Below are positions 1 through 7,453 of a stretch of DNA of 27,040 nt, piece after piece. The translations under genes and the position numbers were made by a program. Numbering within the stretch: the first letter of the stretch is position 1; every line of letters begins with the position of its first letter. Origin of the DNA: Chthoniobacterales bacterium (lineage in GTDB: Bacteria > Verrucomicrobiota > Verrucomicrobiia > Chthoniobacterales > UBA10450); contig JBDUAE010000001.1 in assembly GCA_040004805.1 (NCBI GenBank), forward strand, positions 1 to 27,040. The letters run 5' to 3'. The notes under the pieces were generated by a model, which saw nothing but the letters and a program-made list of their open reading frames with translations, did no database searches and was not told where the DNA came from.

Positions 1-139
1 GCCACGTGATACTCGGCCGTCCGGAGCCCTTCTTGTAAAACCCGATCCACTGCTCCGTCGTGGTGGTGTGATGCGCGCTCAGCCAAGCGCGAAATTTCGC
101 CGGAGTCGCGAAAAAGAGCGGCTCCTCATTCTTCGCCAT
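1..139 (-). CDS. YdeI/OmpD-associated family protein, 5' part only (runs off the left window edge)
   Basis: Not in the ORF track. Manual translation from ATG at 139 gives MAKNEEPLFFATPAKFRAWLSAHHTTTTEQWIGFYKKGSGRPSITW, the typical YdeI N-terminus (FF.tp.efr.WL..hH....e.WvgfyKkgsg.psitw). It overlaps the cupin stop by 14 nt. Confidence 0.85.
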   Translation of the reverse strand, partial: MAKNEEPLFFATPAKFRAWLSAHHTTTTEQWIGFYKKGSGRPSITW

Positions 140-605
140 CGTAATAGTCCAACGCGGCGCCACGCATCAACTTCCGCTCCGGCGCGCGAACGAGCCACTT
201 TTTGCTGTCCGGGTAGTAGCACGATTCGCCAAACGGATTATCCGCGATCACGAAAATGAGGAGATCTTCTTTGCCGTCATTGATCAACTGATGTGCCTCA
301 TTCGGCGGAAAGAGAAAGGAATCGCCGGGCTCGATCGGCGTGCTTCCGCCCTCGTGGCGAACCGCGCCAGTGCCGGCCAGCACATGATAAAATTCCCACT
401 GTGCGGCATGGGAGTGATACGGATACGGCGTCGCGCCGGCTGGAATTCGTGTCAGCTCGACATCGAATGGATGTCGTTCCAGCAAATCCGTCGAGAGTGC
501 TTTCCGGCCGAGCGCTTCGGAAATGGCTTTGCCGCCGCCGTTGAATTTTCCCTGAGGCGAGGACCATACTTCTTCCGGGACATCGCGATTGTTTATCTTG
601 CGCAT
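126..605 (-). CDS. Cupin-domain protein (metal-binding beta-barrel, function unknown)
   Basis: Motif 1 PYHSHAAQWEFYHVLAG and motif 2 GDSFLFPPNEAHQLIN give a His-His-Glu-His metal site. C-terminal CYYPDSKKW is typical of uncharacterised cupins. Confidence 0.88.
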   Translation of the reverse strand: MRKINNRDVPEEVWSSPQGKFNGGGKAISEALGRKALSTDLLERHPFDVELTRIPAGATPYPYHSHAAQWEFYHVLAGTGAVRHEGGSTPIEPGDSFLFPPNEAHQLINDGKEDLLIFVIADNPFGESCYYPDSKKWLVRAPERKLMRGAALDYYDGEE

Positions 606-629
606 CGCTCCGTTCTAGCGGCGGCGCCT

Positions 630-1145
630 CTAGACGAAAAGCTTACTTTCGCCTTCCCAGCCCGGCACCTGGATCAATCGCTCAAAGCGCATTCCCAGCT
701 TTTCCAGCAGCTTGATTGAGCTTTCGTTCTGGGGCGAGGTCAGCGCCACGATCTTCGGAAGACCGAGAACGTTGCGGCCGTAATCCATCACTGCGACCGC
801 GGCCTCAAAGGCGTAACCTTTTCCCCAGAATTCGCTCAAGAAGGCGTAGCCGATGTCCACGTCCTCCATCGTCGGCCGTTTCAACAAACCGCAGGTGCCG
901 ACCGGTTGTCCCGTGTCTTTTAACTCCACCACATACATGCCGAAGCCGAATTCCTCGTAGCTCGGGAATATCTTCTCCGCGATGTAGCTAGCCGCGTCCG
1001 CCGGCGTGCGCAGCCCCCGATCCGCCACATTCCGGATAAAGGCCGGCTCATTCATAATCGCGAGGAAGAAAGGCGAATCGTGCAGCGTCAGCTGGCGCAG
1101 GTTTAACCTCGCAGTCTCCAATACTTTCACGCGCGCAGACTGCAC
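630..1145 (-). CDS. GNAT family N-acetyltransferase (RimJ/RimL-like); start may be GTG at 1130
   Basis: LETARLNLR N-terminus, DIGYAFLSEFWGKGYAFEAA acetyl-CoA-binding motif, NESSIKLLEKLGM. Confidence 0.9.
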   Translation of the reverse strand: MQSARVKVLETARLNLRQLTLHDSPFFLAIMNEPAFIRNVADRGLRTPADAASYIAEKIFPSYEEFGFGMYVVELKDTGQPVGTCGLLKRPTMEDVDIGYAFLSEFWGKGYAFEAAVAVMDYGRNVLGLPKIVALTSPQNESSIKLLEKLGMRFERLIQVPGWEGESKLFV

Positions 1146-1210
1146 TCGTGACGCTGGGCAGGCAAACGTTTCCGCTGTCCGCCGCGGCGGATGAAGCTAA
1201 GCTTTCAGCC

Positions 1211-2035
1211 ATGACGAATTCCCACGACGCCGACGCCACCATGGCTGTCTTCCTCGATTTGGAGAACATCGCGATCGGAGCGCGCGAGGCCCGCTTCCCC
1301 GCGTTCGATATCCGCAAAGTCCTCGAGCGGCTTTTGTTGAAAGGCCACATCGTAGTCAAGAAGGCCTATTGCGATTTCGACCGCTACAAGGATTTCAAGC
1401 GCGGTCTGCACGAAGCCGCCTTCGAGTTGATCGAGATCCCGCACGTCCGCCAATCGGGAAAAAATTCAGCCGACATCCGGATGGTGGTCGATGCGCTCGA
1501 CCTTTGCTACACCAAGAGTCACGTCGATACGTTCGTCATCATCAGCGGCGATTCGGATTTTTCCCCGCTCGTGAGCAAGCTGCGCGAGAATGATAAAACC
1601 GTGGTCGGGATGGGCGTGAAGAAGTCGACCTCCGATCTCTTCATCAGCAACTGCGACGAGTTCCTTTATTACGACGATCTCGTCCGCGCAGAACGCCCCG
1701 CGCCGGCGCGACGGGTGTCGGCTAAAAAAACGCCGGCGCCCGCGGCCACGACGGTAAACCCGATCGAGGAAACCAGCGCCGGCCCGTCGCCCGACCGCGC
1801 GCTCGAAATGGTAAGCCATACGCTCGATGCCTTGCGCGCGGAGCGCGGCGAAGATTACGAAATTCGCGGCTCGCTCATTAAACAGACGATCAAGCGTCGG
1901 AATCCCGGTTTCAACGAACGCGCCCATGGTTTCCGCGCCTTCAACGAGCTCCTGCTCGAAGCACAGAAGCGCGGAATCTTAAAACTCGAAGCGGATAAGC
2001 AGGCGGGCAGTTATATCGTTAGGCCGGCAGATTAG
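1211..2035 (+). CDS. NYN-domain (LabA/DUF88, PIN-like) protein with C-terminal OST-HTH/LOTUS domain
   Basis: VFLDLENI, AYCDF, KNSADIRMVVD and ISGDSDFSPL acidic motifs, a Pro/Ala linker, then GSLIKQTIKRRNPGFNERAHGFRAFNELL. ATG at 1211 is preferred over the track start at 1148. Confidence 0.88.
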   Translation: MTNSHDADATMAVFLDLENIAIGAREARFPAFDIRKVLERLLLKGHIVVKKAYCDFDRYKDFKRGLHEAAFELIEIPHVRQSGKNSADIRMVVDALDLCYTKSHVDTFVIISGDSDFSPLVSKLRENDKTVVGMGVKKSTSDLFISNCDEFLYYDDLVRAERPAPARRVSAKKTPAPAATTVNPIEETSAGPSPDRALEMVSHTLDALRAERGEDYEIRGSLIKQTIKRRNPGFNERAHGFRAFNELLLEAQKRGILKLEADKQAGSYIVRPAD

Positions 2036-2045
2036 CCGACACTGC

Positions 2046-2903
2046 TTACCAGAGAAAGGCGCTGGTGTAGAGGAGACCGAAGACGAGGTGCGTCTGCGCG
2101 GTTCCCTGGACGCTGCCGGTGCGCGCGGCGCGAATCAGCAGCGGAAGAGCAAGGAAAGTCGTTAGACTGGAGACGGGCAAAAAGCGCGCAAGCACCCCTG
2201 CGATGACGAAGAGCAGCGGGCCGAACAGGAGAAATTGCTGTAGCGATCGACCTGCTTTTGGCGAAAGGAGCGTCGCGAGGGTGCGGACGTCTGCGGCCCG
2301 GTCATCCGATGCATCCCGCAGATTATTGGCATGCAGAATCGCATCCACCAACAAGCAAATCGGCAGCGAGTAAAGCGCAACCCGGAGCACCGTCAGCAGC
2401 GAGACATCGATCGCCTGCACACCGTAAGCGCCGAGCGTTAATCCCAACCCAAAGGCGACAATGATGAGGAGATCGCCCAACCCATAACGCTTCAGGAAAG
2501 CCGGATAAATCACGGCACAACCGACACCGAGCAGCGCCAACGGCACAACCACGCGCGCATGCTCCGCCAACAAAAACAAACCGCACAACGCAGCCGCAGC
2601 CAATAACAAGCACGCGAACACCAACGCCTGCGCCGGAGTCATCTCACGCCGGGTCAGGACTCCGCTGCCGTGCTCGGGCCGGGTATCGACTCCCTTCACG
2701 TAATCGAAGTAATCGTTCAAGACATTGGCCCCGACGTGGGCCAGAACTCCGCCGAGCAAAACAAGCAGAAACGTGCCTAGATGAAATTGGCTCGCGGGAG
2801 CACTCCGCAAGGCGAGAACTGTGCCGAGCAACACTGGCACCACGCTGGCCGGCAGCGAATAAGCACGCGTCGCTTTCCAAAGAATGGCAGCATTCATCGC
2901 CAA
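2046..2903 (-). CDS. menA: 1,4-dihydroxy-2-naphthoate prenyltransferase (UbiA family, MenA-like)
   Basis: ATRAYSLPASVVPVLLG start, Asp-rich motifs NDYFDYVKGVD and HANNLRDASDD, many hydrophobic helices. Confidence 0.8.
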   Translation of the reverse strand: MAMNAAILWKATRAYSLPASVVPVLLGTVLALRSAPASQFHLGTFLLVLLGGVLAHVGANVLNDYFDYVKGVDTRPEHGSGVLTRREMTPAQALVFACLLLAAAALCGLFLLAEHARVVVPLALLGVGCAVIYPAFLKRYGLGDLLIIVAFGLGLTLGAYGVQAIDVSLLTVLRVALYSLPICLLVDAILHANNLRDASDDRAADVRTLATLLSPKAGRSLQQFLLFGPLLFVIAGVLARFLPVSSLTTFLALPLLIRAARTGSVQGTAQTHLVFGLLYTSAFLW

Positions 2904-2921
2904 GGAGCCGCGGAGGCCGGA

Positions 2922-3224
2922 CTAACTGTCGGCCGGTTGTGTGCGCAGAAGATAGAACGCCAGCGTGCTGAACCCTGCGACCGAGCAGACCGCGCCCAAG
3001 ATCCCCGCAGCCGAGAACGCCTGCATCCACCCCCGATTCGCCGTAAACCCTCCCGACGATTGCGCAAGCACTACGTAGCCGAAACGCGGAATCGCTTGGA
3101 AAATTGCTCCCGCTCCAAACCAAAGAATGAAGGAATTAGTCAGGCCCCGGATCAGCAAATAAGCACAAATGCCGATGATGATGATCGTATAAAGCGCAGG
3201 CCAGGCCAGGGGGAGCATATTCAT
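2922..3224 (-). CDS. Small hypothetical membrane protein (about 3 TM helices)
   Basis: 100-aa ATG-started ORF filling the gap, three hydrophobic stretches, 18 nt upstream of menA on the same strand. Confidence 0.65.
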   Translation of the reverse strand: MNMLPLAWPALYTIIIIGICAYLLIRGLTNSFILWFGAGAIFQAIPRFGYVVLAQSSGGFTANRGWMQAFSAAGILGAVCSVAGFSTLAFYLLRTQPADS

Positions 3225-3352
3225 GAGAGCGGAAGATTAGCCGGGAGAGTATCAGCCGCGTTCGGCTCTGCCAAGCTCTGCTCCGCGCGCATTCAACCCA
3301 ACTTTCTAAATTTACCCATTGGAAGGATCAGCCGGAAATAGCCGCTTAAAAC

Positions 3353-4051
3353 TTAAGCGACAGCGTGCCCGGTCTTTGCAAGCGAGATCGTGCGAGCCCG
3401 CTCGAAACTGTACTTCGCCAATTCCAACGCGTCCGCGTGCGTCGTCGATTCGAGATAACTCAAGAGACGCTCCCGCCTTTCCCGTTCTAGCGAGTCATCG
3501 CCCGCGCGCGCGATCAATGCCCGCAGATCGCTTTCCGTTTGCGCTTTGCTCTCGTTTTTTAACGAAAGCAGCGCCAGGCCAGCGAGCGGGAAACGGTCGA
3601 ACGCCTCGACCAGAAACTCGCGCATCGTGGGACTATGTCGAAGATGGAAGCGGATATTTTGTTCCACTCCGCGAATGGGATATTGCGGGAACGCGGCCGA
3701 GTGAATGATGGCCGACGCGAGATTATCGAGCAGTAATTCTGCCATCGCTTTTACTTCGTCTTCCGTCGCTTGTTCGCCGGCGACCCAAACTTTGTTTTCG
3801 TAAAAATAAGGACGCAAGTAGGGCTTCTCTACCAACACCCGGAGATGGTCCGATGTCTCCGTCATCGCTCGCTGGACCAACTGAATTTCCGGCTGTTGCC
3901 GAGCGCTCTCGAGCAGCCGACGCGTCGTTTCCAATTGCTCGCGCCCGGCCCGAAGCTGGCGCACAAAGACGGAGAAGTTTAGCAACCCAGTCAGGACCAA
4001 GAGGAGCGTTCCGCACGCGGCCAGGATCGGGATTATCATTTGCAGGTTCAC
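3353..4051 (-). CDS. Hypothetical protein with N-terminal TM anchor, coiled segment and helical domain (start GTG 4051 or ATG 4039; track ORF begins 4096)
   Basis: MIIPILAACGTLLLVLTGLLNFSVFV hydrophobic segment, then RQLRAGREQLETTRRLLESARQQ. No recognisable catalytic motif. The layout loosely recalls DUF6082/DUF4760-like proteins (unverified). Confidence 0.65.
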   Translation of the reverse strand: MNLQMIIPILAACGTLLLVLTGLLNFSVFVRQLRAGREQLETTRRLLESARQQPEIQLVQRAMTETSDHLRVLVEKPYLRPYFYENKVWVAGEQATEDEVKAMAELLLDNLASAIIHSAAFPQYPIRGVEQNIRFHLRHSPTMREFLVEAFDRFPLAGLALLSLKNESKAQTESDLRALIARAGDDSLERERRERLLSYLESTTHADALELAKYSFERARTISLAKTGHAVA

Positions 4052-4118
4052 TATTCTTTCCTTCGCGGAGAGGGATAAAGTGGTCAACCTGCTCAAAACG
4101 CTGCCAACTGGCTTTGCT

Positions 4119-4200
4119 TGTCATGTTGAGCGCAGCGAAACATCTCACGAACGACGCCTGATCGTGGCTTGAGAGATCCTTCGCTTCGCTCAGGATGACA
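4119..4200. repeat. REP-like imperfect inverted repeat (GTCATCCTGAGCGAAGCGAAGGATCTC-type)
   Basis: Left arm 4119-4146 tgtcatgttgagcgcagcgaaacatctc versus the reverse complement of right arm 4173-4200 tgtcatcctgagcgaagcgaaggatctc: 23/28 identical by manual alignment. An inner cacga/tcgtg stem is present. Intergenic between divergent genes. Confidence 0.85.
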
Positions 4201-4335
4201 ATGGCCAACGGCTGGCACCGTGTTTCCGCCGCACAAATCAAAGCCCCGCTTCCATCGATCAAGCGCTGGTCCGAAGATTCGCTATTCCGCTTTCATCTTG
4301 TGCACCAGAGAATCGCACCCTTGAATACAGTAGTG

Positions 4336-5091
4336 ATGCGCAGCCTCGTTTTGCTTTTCATCGCGAGCGTTGGCCTAACCAGTGCGGGCGGGCAACCCGT
4401 GATGGCGCCGGCGGCCGTGCCGGGAAAATCGGCGGAGGTGGATGCTTTGATCCCGTGGCTCTTGGAAGCGGATGGCAAGCTGCGGGAGATTGCCTTTAGT
4501 GAGGTCATCGAAGACGCGACCGGCAAGAAGGTCCGGGCGATCGATCCGAAAGACGAAACCGATACGCGCATCTTGAAAGAGATTGGCAAGGCGCTGGATG
4601 AAGTCGTTAGGCGGATGAATGCGCCGGAGAGCCCGATCCAGAGCGCCGCCCGGATTAATGAAGTGAGCAGCTCGTTTGAGGACATGGTGCGCGAGGTGTT
4701 GGGCGCCGTTCCGGGACTATCCTGCGATTTCCCGAGGACGGAGACAGACCGCGTCCAACGCTCCGGTTACCCGGATCTGCGGCTGGTCGATAACGCAAGC
4801 GGCCGCGTCTATTACATGGACCCGAAACTGTATGCGACCGGAAGCCGCGGGAGTACGTTCCGCACGTTTTATTACGAGCCGAAGGTGGCGACGAATAAGG
4901 TGCGCGATGACGCAGTGCACTTGATTCTGGGCTTCGAGCACGAGCCGCGGAAGGCGGGGCATTGGAATTTCATCCGCTGGGACGTGGTGGACCTGGCGCA
5001 CTTCAAGGTGAAGCTGAAGGCCGAATTTCAGGGAAGCAATCGCGACATGTATCGCCCGGAAGCGGTGGTGGCGACGAGCGCGCCGCAATAG
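4336..5091 (+). CDS. Putative exported PD-(D/E)XK restriction-endonuclease-fold protein (EcoRV-like motifs), 251 aa
   Basis: ATG at 4336 gives a signal-like MRSLVLLFIASVGLTSAGG-QP. Core motifs INEVSSSFE, SGYPDLRL, YYMDPKLY and HLILGFEH. The upstream in-frame extension to 4195 starts inside the repeat and is probably not coding. Confidence 0.65.
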   Translation: MRSLVLLFIASVGLTSAGGQPVMAPAAVPGKSAEVDALIPWLLEADGKLREIAFSEVIEDATGKKVRAIDPKDETDTRILKEIGKALDEVVRRMNAPESPIQSAARINEVSSSFEDMVREVLGAVPGLSCDFPRTETDRVQRSGYPDLRLVDNASGRVYYMDPKLYATGSRGSTFRTFYYEPKVATNKVRDDAVHLILGFEHEPRKAGHWNFIRWDVVDLAHFKVKLKAEFQGSNRDMYRPEAVVATSAPQ

Positions 5092-5138
5092 CCGCGAATT
5101 GACGTTGCCCGCGCGGGCGCGGACGGCAATGGTATAAC

Positions 5139-6356
5139 ATGCTGGCGGAACCTCCTGCGGCCTTTGTCTTCGATACGATCGACGATGTCCTGGATGACAT
5201 CGCGAAGGGGAGAATCGTGATCGTGACGGACGATGAGGACCGCGAGAACGAGGGCGACCTTGTCCTGGCGGCAGAAAAAGCTACGCCCGAGACGATTAAT
5301 TTCATGGCCATGCACGGCCGCGGTTTGATCTGTGTGCCGGTTTCTAATGAGCGCGCGGAACAGCTCGGTCTGCAACGAATGGTGGCGCAGAACCGCGAGA
5401 TGTATCGGACGGATTTCACCGTCTCCGTGGATGCGGCCCGCGGGGTCACCACTGGCATCAGCGCGCACGATCGCGCGGCGACGATTCAAACGATCGCGAA
5501 TCCGGCTTCGGTGCCGGAAGATTTAGTGCAGCCGGGACATATCTTTCCTCTGCGCGCAAAAGACGGCGGCGTCCTCCGGCGCGCGGGTCACACTGAAGCG
5601 GCGGTGGATTTGGCGCGGATGGCGGGACTGCAACCGGCGGGCGTGCTCTGCGAAATCTTGCACGACGACGGGACGATGGCGCGCTTACCGGAGCTGATGG
5701 AATTTCGAAAAAAACACGGACTGCGCATCTGCACGATTAAAAGCCTGATCGCGCACCGTCGGCTACGCGAAAAGCTGATCGAGCGTGAGCAGGTGGTGAA
5801 GTTGCCGACTGACTATGGCGATTTCGATTTGCATCTTTATCGTTCCAAGGTCGATGGCGCGCATCATCTCGCGTTGGTGAAAGGGACCATCTCGGAGAAC
5901 GAAGCGGTGCTGGTGCGAGTCCACAGCGAATGTCTGACCGGCGATGTCTTCGGTTCGCGCCGCTGCGATTGCGGAAATCAATTGCACTCCGCGCTGCAAC
6001 AAATCTCCGATGAAGGCAACGGCGTGCTGGTTTACATGCGACAGGAAGGACGCGGCATCGGTCTCGCGGCGAAGATTCACGCCTATAAATTACAAGAGGA
6101 AGGCCTCGATACGGTGGAGGCGAATGCGAAACTCGGCTTCGGCAGCGACCTGCGTGATTACGGGCTCGGGGCGCAGATTCTTTTCGATCTCGGGGTGCGG
6201 AAGTTCCGTTTCCTTACGAATAATCCGAAAAAGGTGGTCGGCCTCGAGGGTTACGGCATCCAAATGGTCGAGCAGGTGCCGATCCGGAGCGAGGCGAACC
6301 CGCATAACGCGAAATACCTAGAAACGAAGCGGGTGAAAATGGGGCACCTGCTCTAG
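5139..6356 (+). CDS. ribBA: Bifunctional 3,4-dihydroxy-2-butanone-4-phosphate synthase / GTP cyclohydrolase II
   Basis: [30 protein letters not shown] (RibB); [36 protein letters not shown] (RibA). Confidence 0.97.
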   Translation: MLAEPPAAFVFDTIDDVLDDIAKGRIVIVTDDEDRENEGDLVLAAEKATPETINFMAMHGRGLICVPVSNERAEQLGLQRMVAQNREMYRTDFTVSVDAARGVTTGISAHDRAATIQTIANPASVPEDLVQPGHIFPLRAKDGGVLRRAGHTEAAVDLARMAGLQPAGVLCEILHDDGTMARLPELMEFRKKHGLRICTIKSLIAHRRLREKLIEREQVVKLPTDYGDFDLHLYRSKVDGAHHLALVKGTISENEAVLVRVHSECLTGDVFGSRRCDCGNQLHSALQQISDEGNGVLVYMRQEGRGIGLAAKIHAYKLQEEGLDTVEANAKLGFGSDLRDYGLGAQILFDLGVRKFRFLTNNPKKVVGLEGYGIQMVEQVPIRSEANPHNAKYLETKRVKMGHLL

Positions 6357-6380
6357 CGCCGCGTCGGCTATTTTTCCGTC

Positions 6381-6857
6381 ATGTCGAACGCGCTTCTGCC
6401 CCGTCCGCGGCTCGTCAGCTCCAAGCGAAATTACACGCTGGTGGCGAGTAAGTTTAACGCGATCTATGTTCAAGGCCTGGTCAATCACGCGACCGAAGAG
6501 TTGCGCGCGCTCGTACCCGGAGCAGTCCTCACTTTGCATCAAGTGCCGGGCGCATTCGAAATCCCGATCGTAGTCCAGGAAGTGGCACGCAAGAAATCAG
6601 CCGACGCCATTATCGCCATCGGGGTCATTATTAAAGGGAGTACGAATCACGCGGAGCATCTCAGCCATTCCATCACCGCCGCACTGCAACAGATCGCCCT
6701 GGAGTTCGGTGTGCCGGTGATCAACGCCGTCTTGGGAATGGAAAACGAGCAGCAGGCAATCGAGCGGTGTTTGGAGACACGGATCAATCGCGGCATCGAA
6801 GCCGCGCGCGCCGCCGTCGAAATCAGCAGCGTAATGGCGGAATTGCGACCAAAGTAA
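6381..6857 (+). CDS. ribH: 6,7-dimethyl-8-ribityllumazine synthase
   Basis: VASKFN, VPGAFEIP, IIKGSTNH, VPVINAVL, QAIER motifs; lies between ribBA and nusB. Confidence 0.93.
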   Translation: MSNALLPRPRLVSSKRNYTLVASKFNAIYVQGLVNHATEELRALVPGAVLTLHQVPGAFEIPIVVQEVARKKSADAIIAIGVIIKGSTNHAEHLSHSITAALQQIALEFGVPVINAVLGMENEQQAIERCLETRINRGIEAARAAVEISSVMAELRPK

Positions 6858-6861
6858 CGCC

Positions 6862-7308
6862 ATGGGGAGACGTCACATGGCGCGACAAGCGGCCATCCAA
6901 TTTCACTTTTGGCGCGACCTGCATGGCGACGGCGCGCCGGAAAAGATGGACGATTTCTGGGAATTTTGCCCGGCGAAACCGAACGTCCGCGCTTTCGCGC
7001 AGCCGCTCATCGACGGGATGGTCGAGCACTTGCCTGAGATCGACGAGCGGATCGGACGCTACTGCGAAAACTTTAATTTGCAGCGGATCGCGCCCGTCGA
7101 TCGCAACGTGCTGCGTCTGGCAATTTTCGAGATGCTCTACCGGGCCGACATTCCGCCGGTGGTCTCGATCAATGAGGCGATCGAATTGGCGAAGACATTT
7201 GGCGGTCCAGATTCCGGGAGATTCGTAAACGGAATTCTCGATCGAGTGAAAGACGAACTCACCCGCTCGCTCCGAGAGGCCACGCCAAAAGAAACGCCCG
7301 CCGCCTAA
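6862..7308 (+). CDS. nusB: Transcription antitermination factor NusB
   Basis: RHMARQAAIQ, DRNVLRLAIFEM, VSINEAIELAK, SGRFVNGILD; canonical position after ribH. Confidence 0.96.
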   Translation: MGRRHMARQAAIQFHFWRDLHGDGAPEKMDDFWEFCPAKPNVRAFAQPLIDGMVEHLPEIDERIGRYCENFNLQRIAPVDRNVLRLAIFEMLYRADIPPVVSINEAIELAKTFGGPDSGRFVNGILDRVKDELTRSLREATPKETPAA

Positions 7309-7338
7309 GTGCTTTTTTTGTTAGACTACGCGCGATCC

Positions 7339-7453
7339 GTCATCCCGGGTGGGGCGGAAGGCCGGGGAAACCCGGGGCGCGCGACAACACCAGCGGGCAG
7401 TCAACGGTATTAGTGAGAAGCCTTCGACCGCGCTGCGCCGGCTTAGGATGACA
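7339..7453. repeat. Second, degenerate REP-like element of the same family, with an internal CCGGG-GAAA-CCCGG hairpin
   Basis: GTCATCC (7339-7345) pairs with GGATGAC (7446-7452), and GAAGGC (7357-7362) pairs with GCCTTC (7420-7425). The right arm gagaagccttcg...gcttaggatgaca resembles gagatccttcg...gctcaggatgaca at 4173-4200. Confidence 0.6.

Noticed and set aside
3723-4262. 179-aa minus-strand ORF containing VILSEAKDL, and the 4195-4335 N-terminal extension of the nuclease-like ORF
   Set aside because: These are translations of the inverted repeat; better starts exist at 4051/4039 (-) and 4336 (+).
5092-5138. FMN riboswitch upstream of ribBA; extended -10 TGGTATAAC at 5130-5138
   Set aside because: The gap is only 47 nt, too short for an RFN element, and has no matching motif. 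The TATAAC abuts the ATG, so a transcript from it would start inside the codon sequence, and TTGACG/TTGCCC lie 28 and 22 nt away.
7329-7385. SRP RNA, hammerhead ribozyme or riboswitch in the nusB-fahA gap
   Set aside because: GNRA hairpins are present, but the SRP helix-8 motif and the CUGANGA/GAAA core are absent. The repeat-family explanation fits better.
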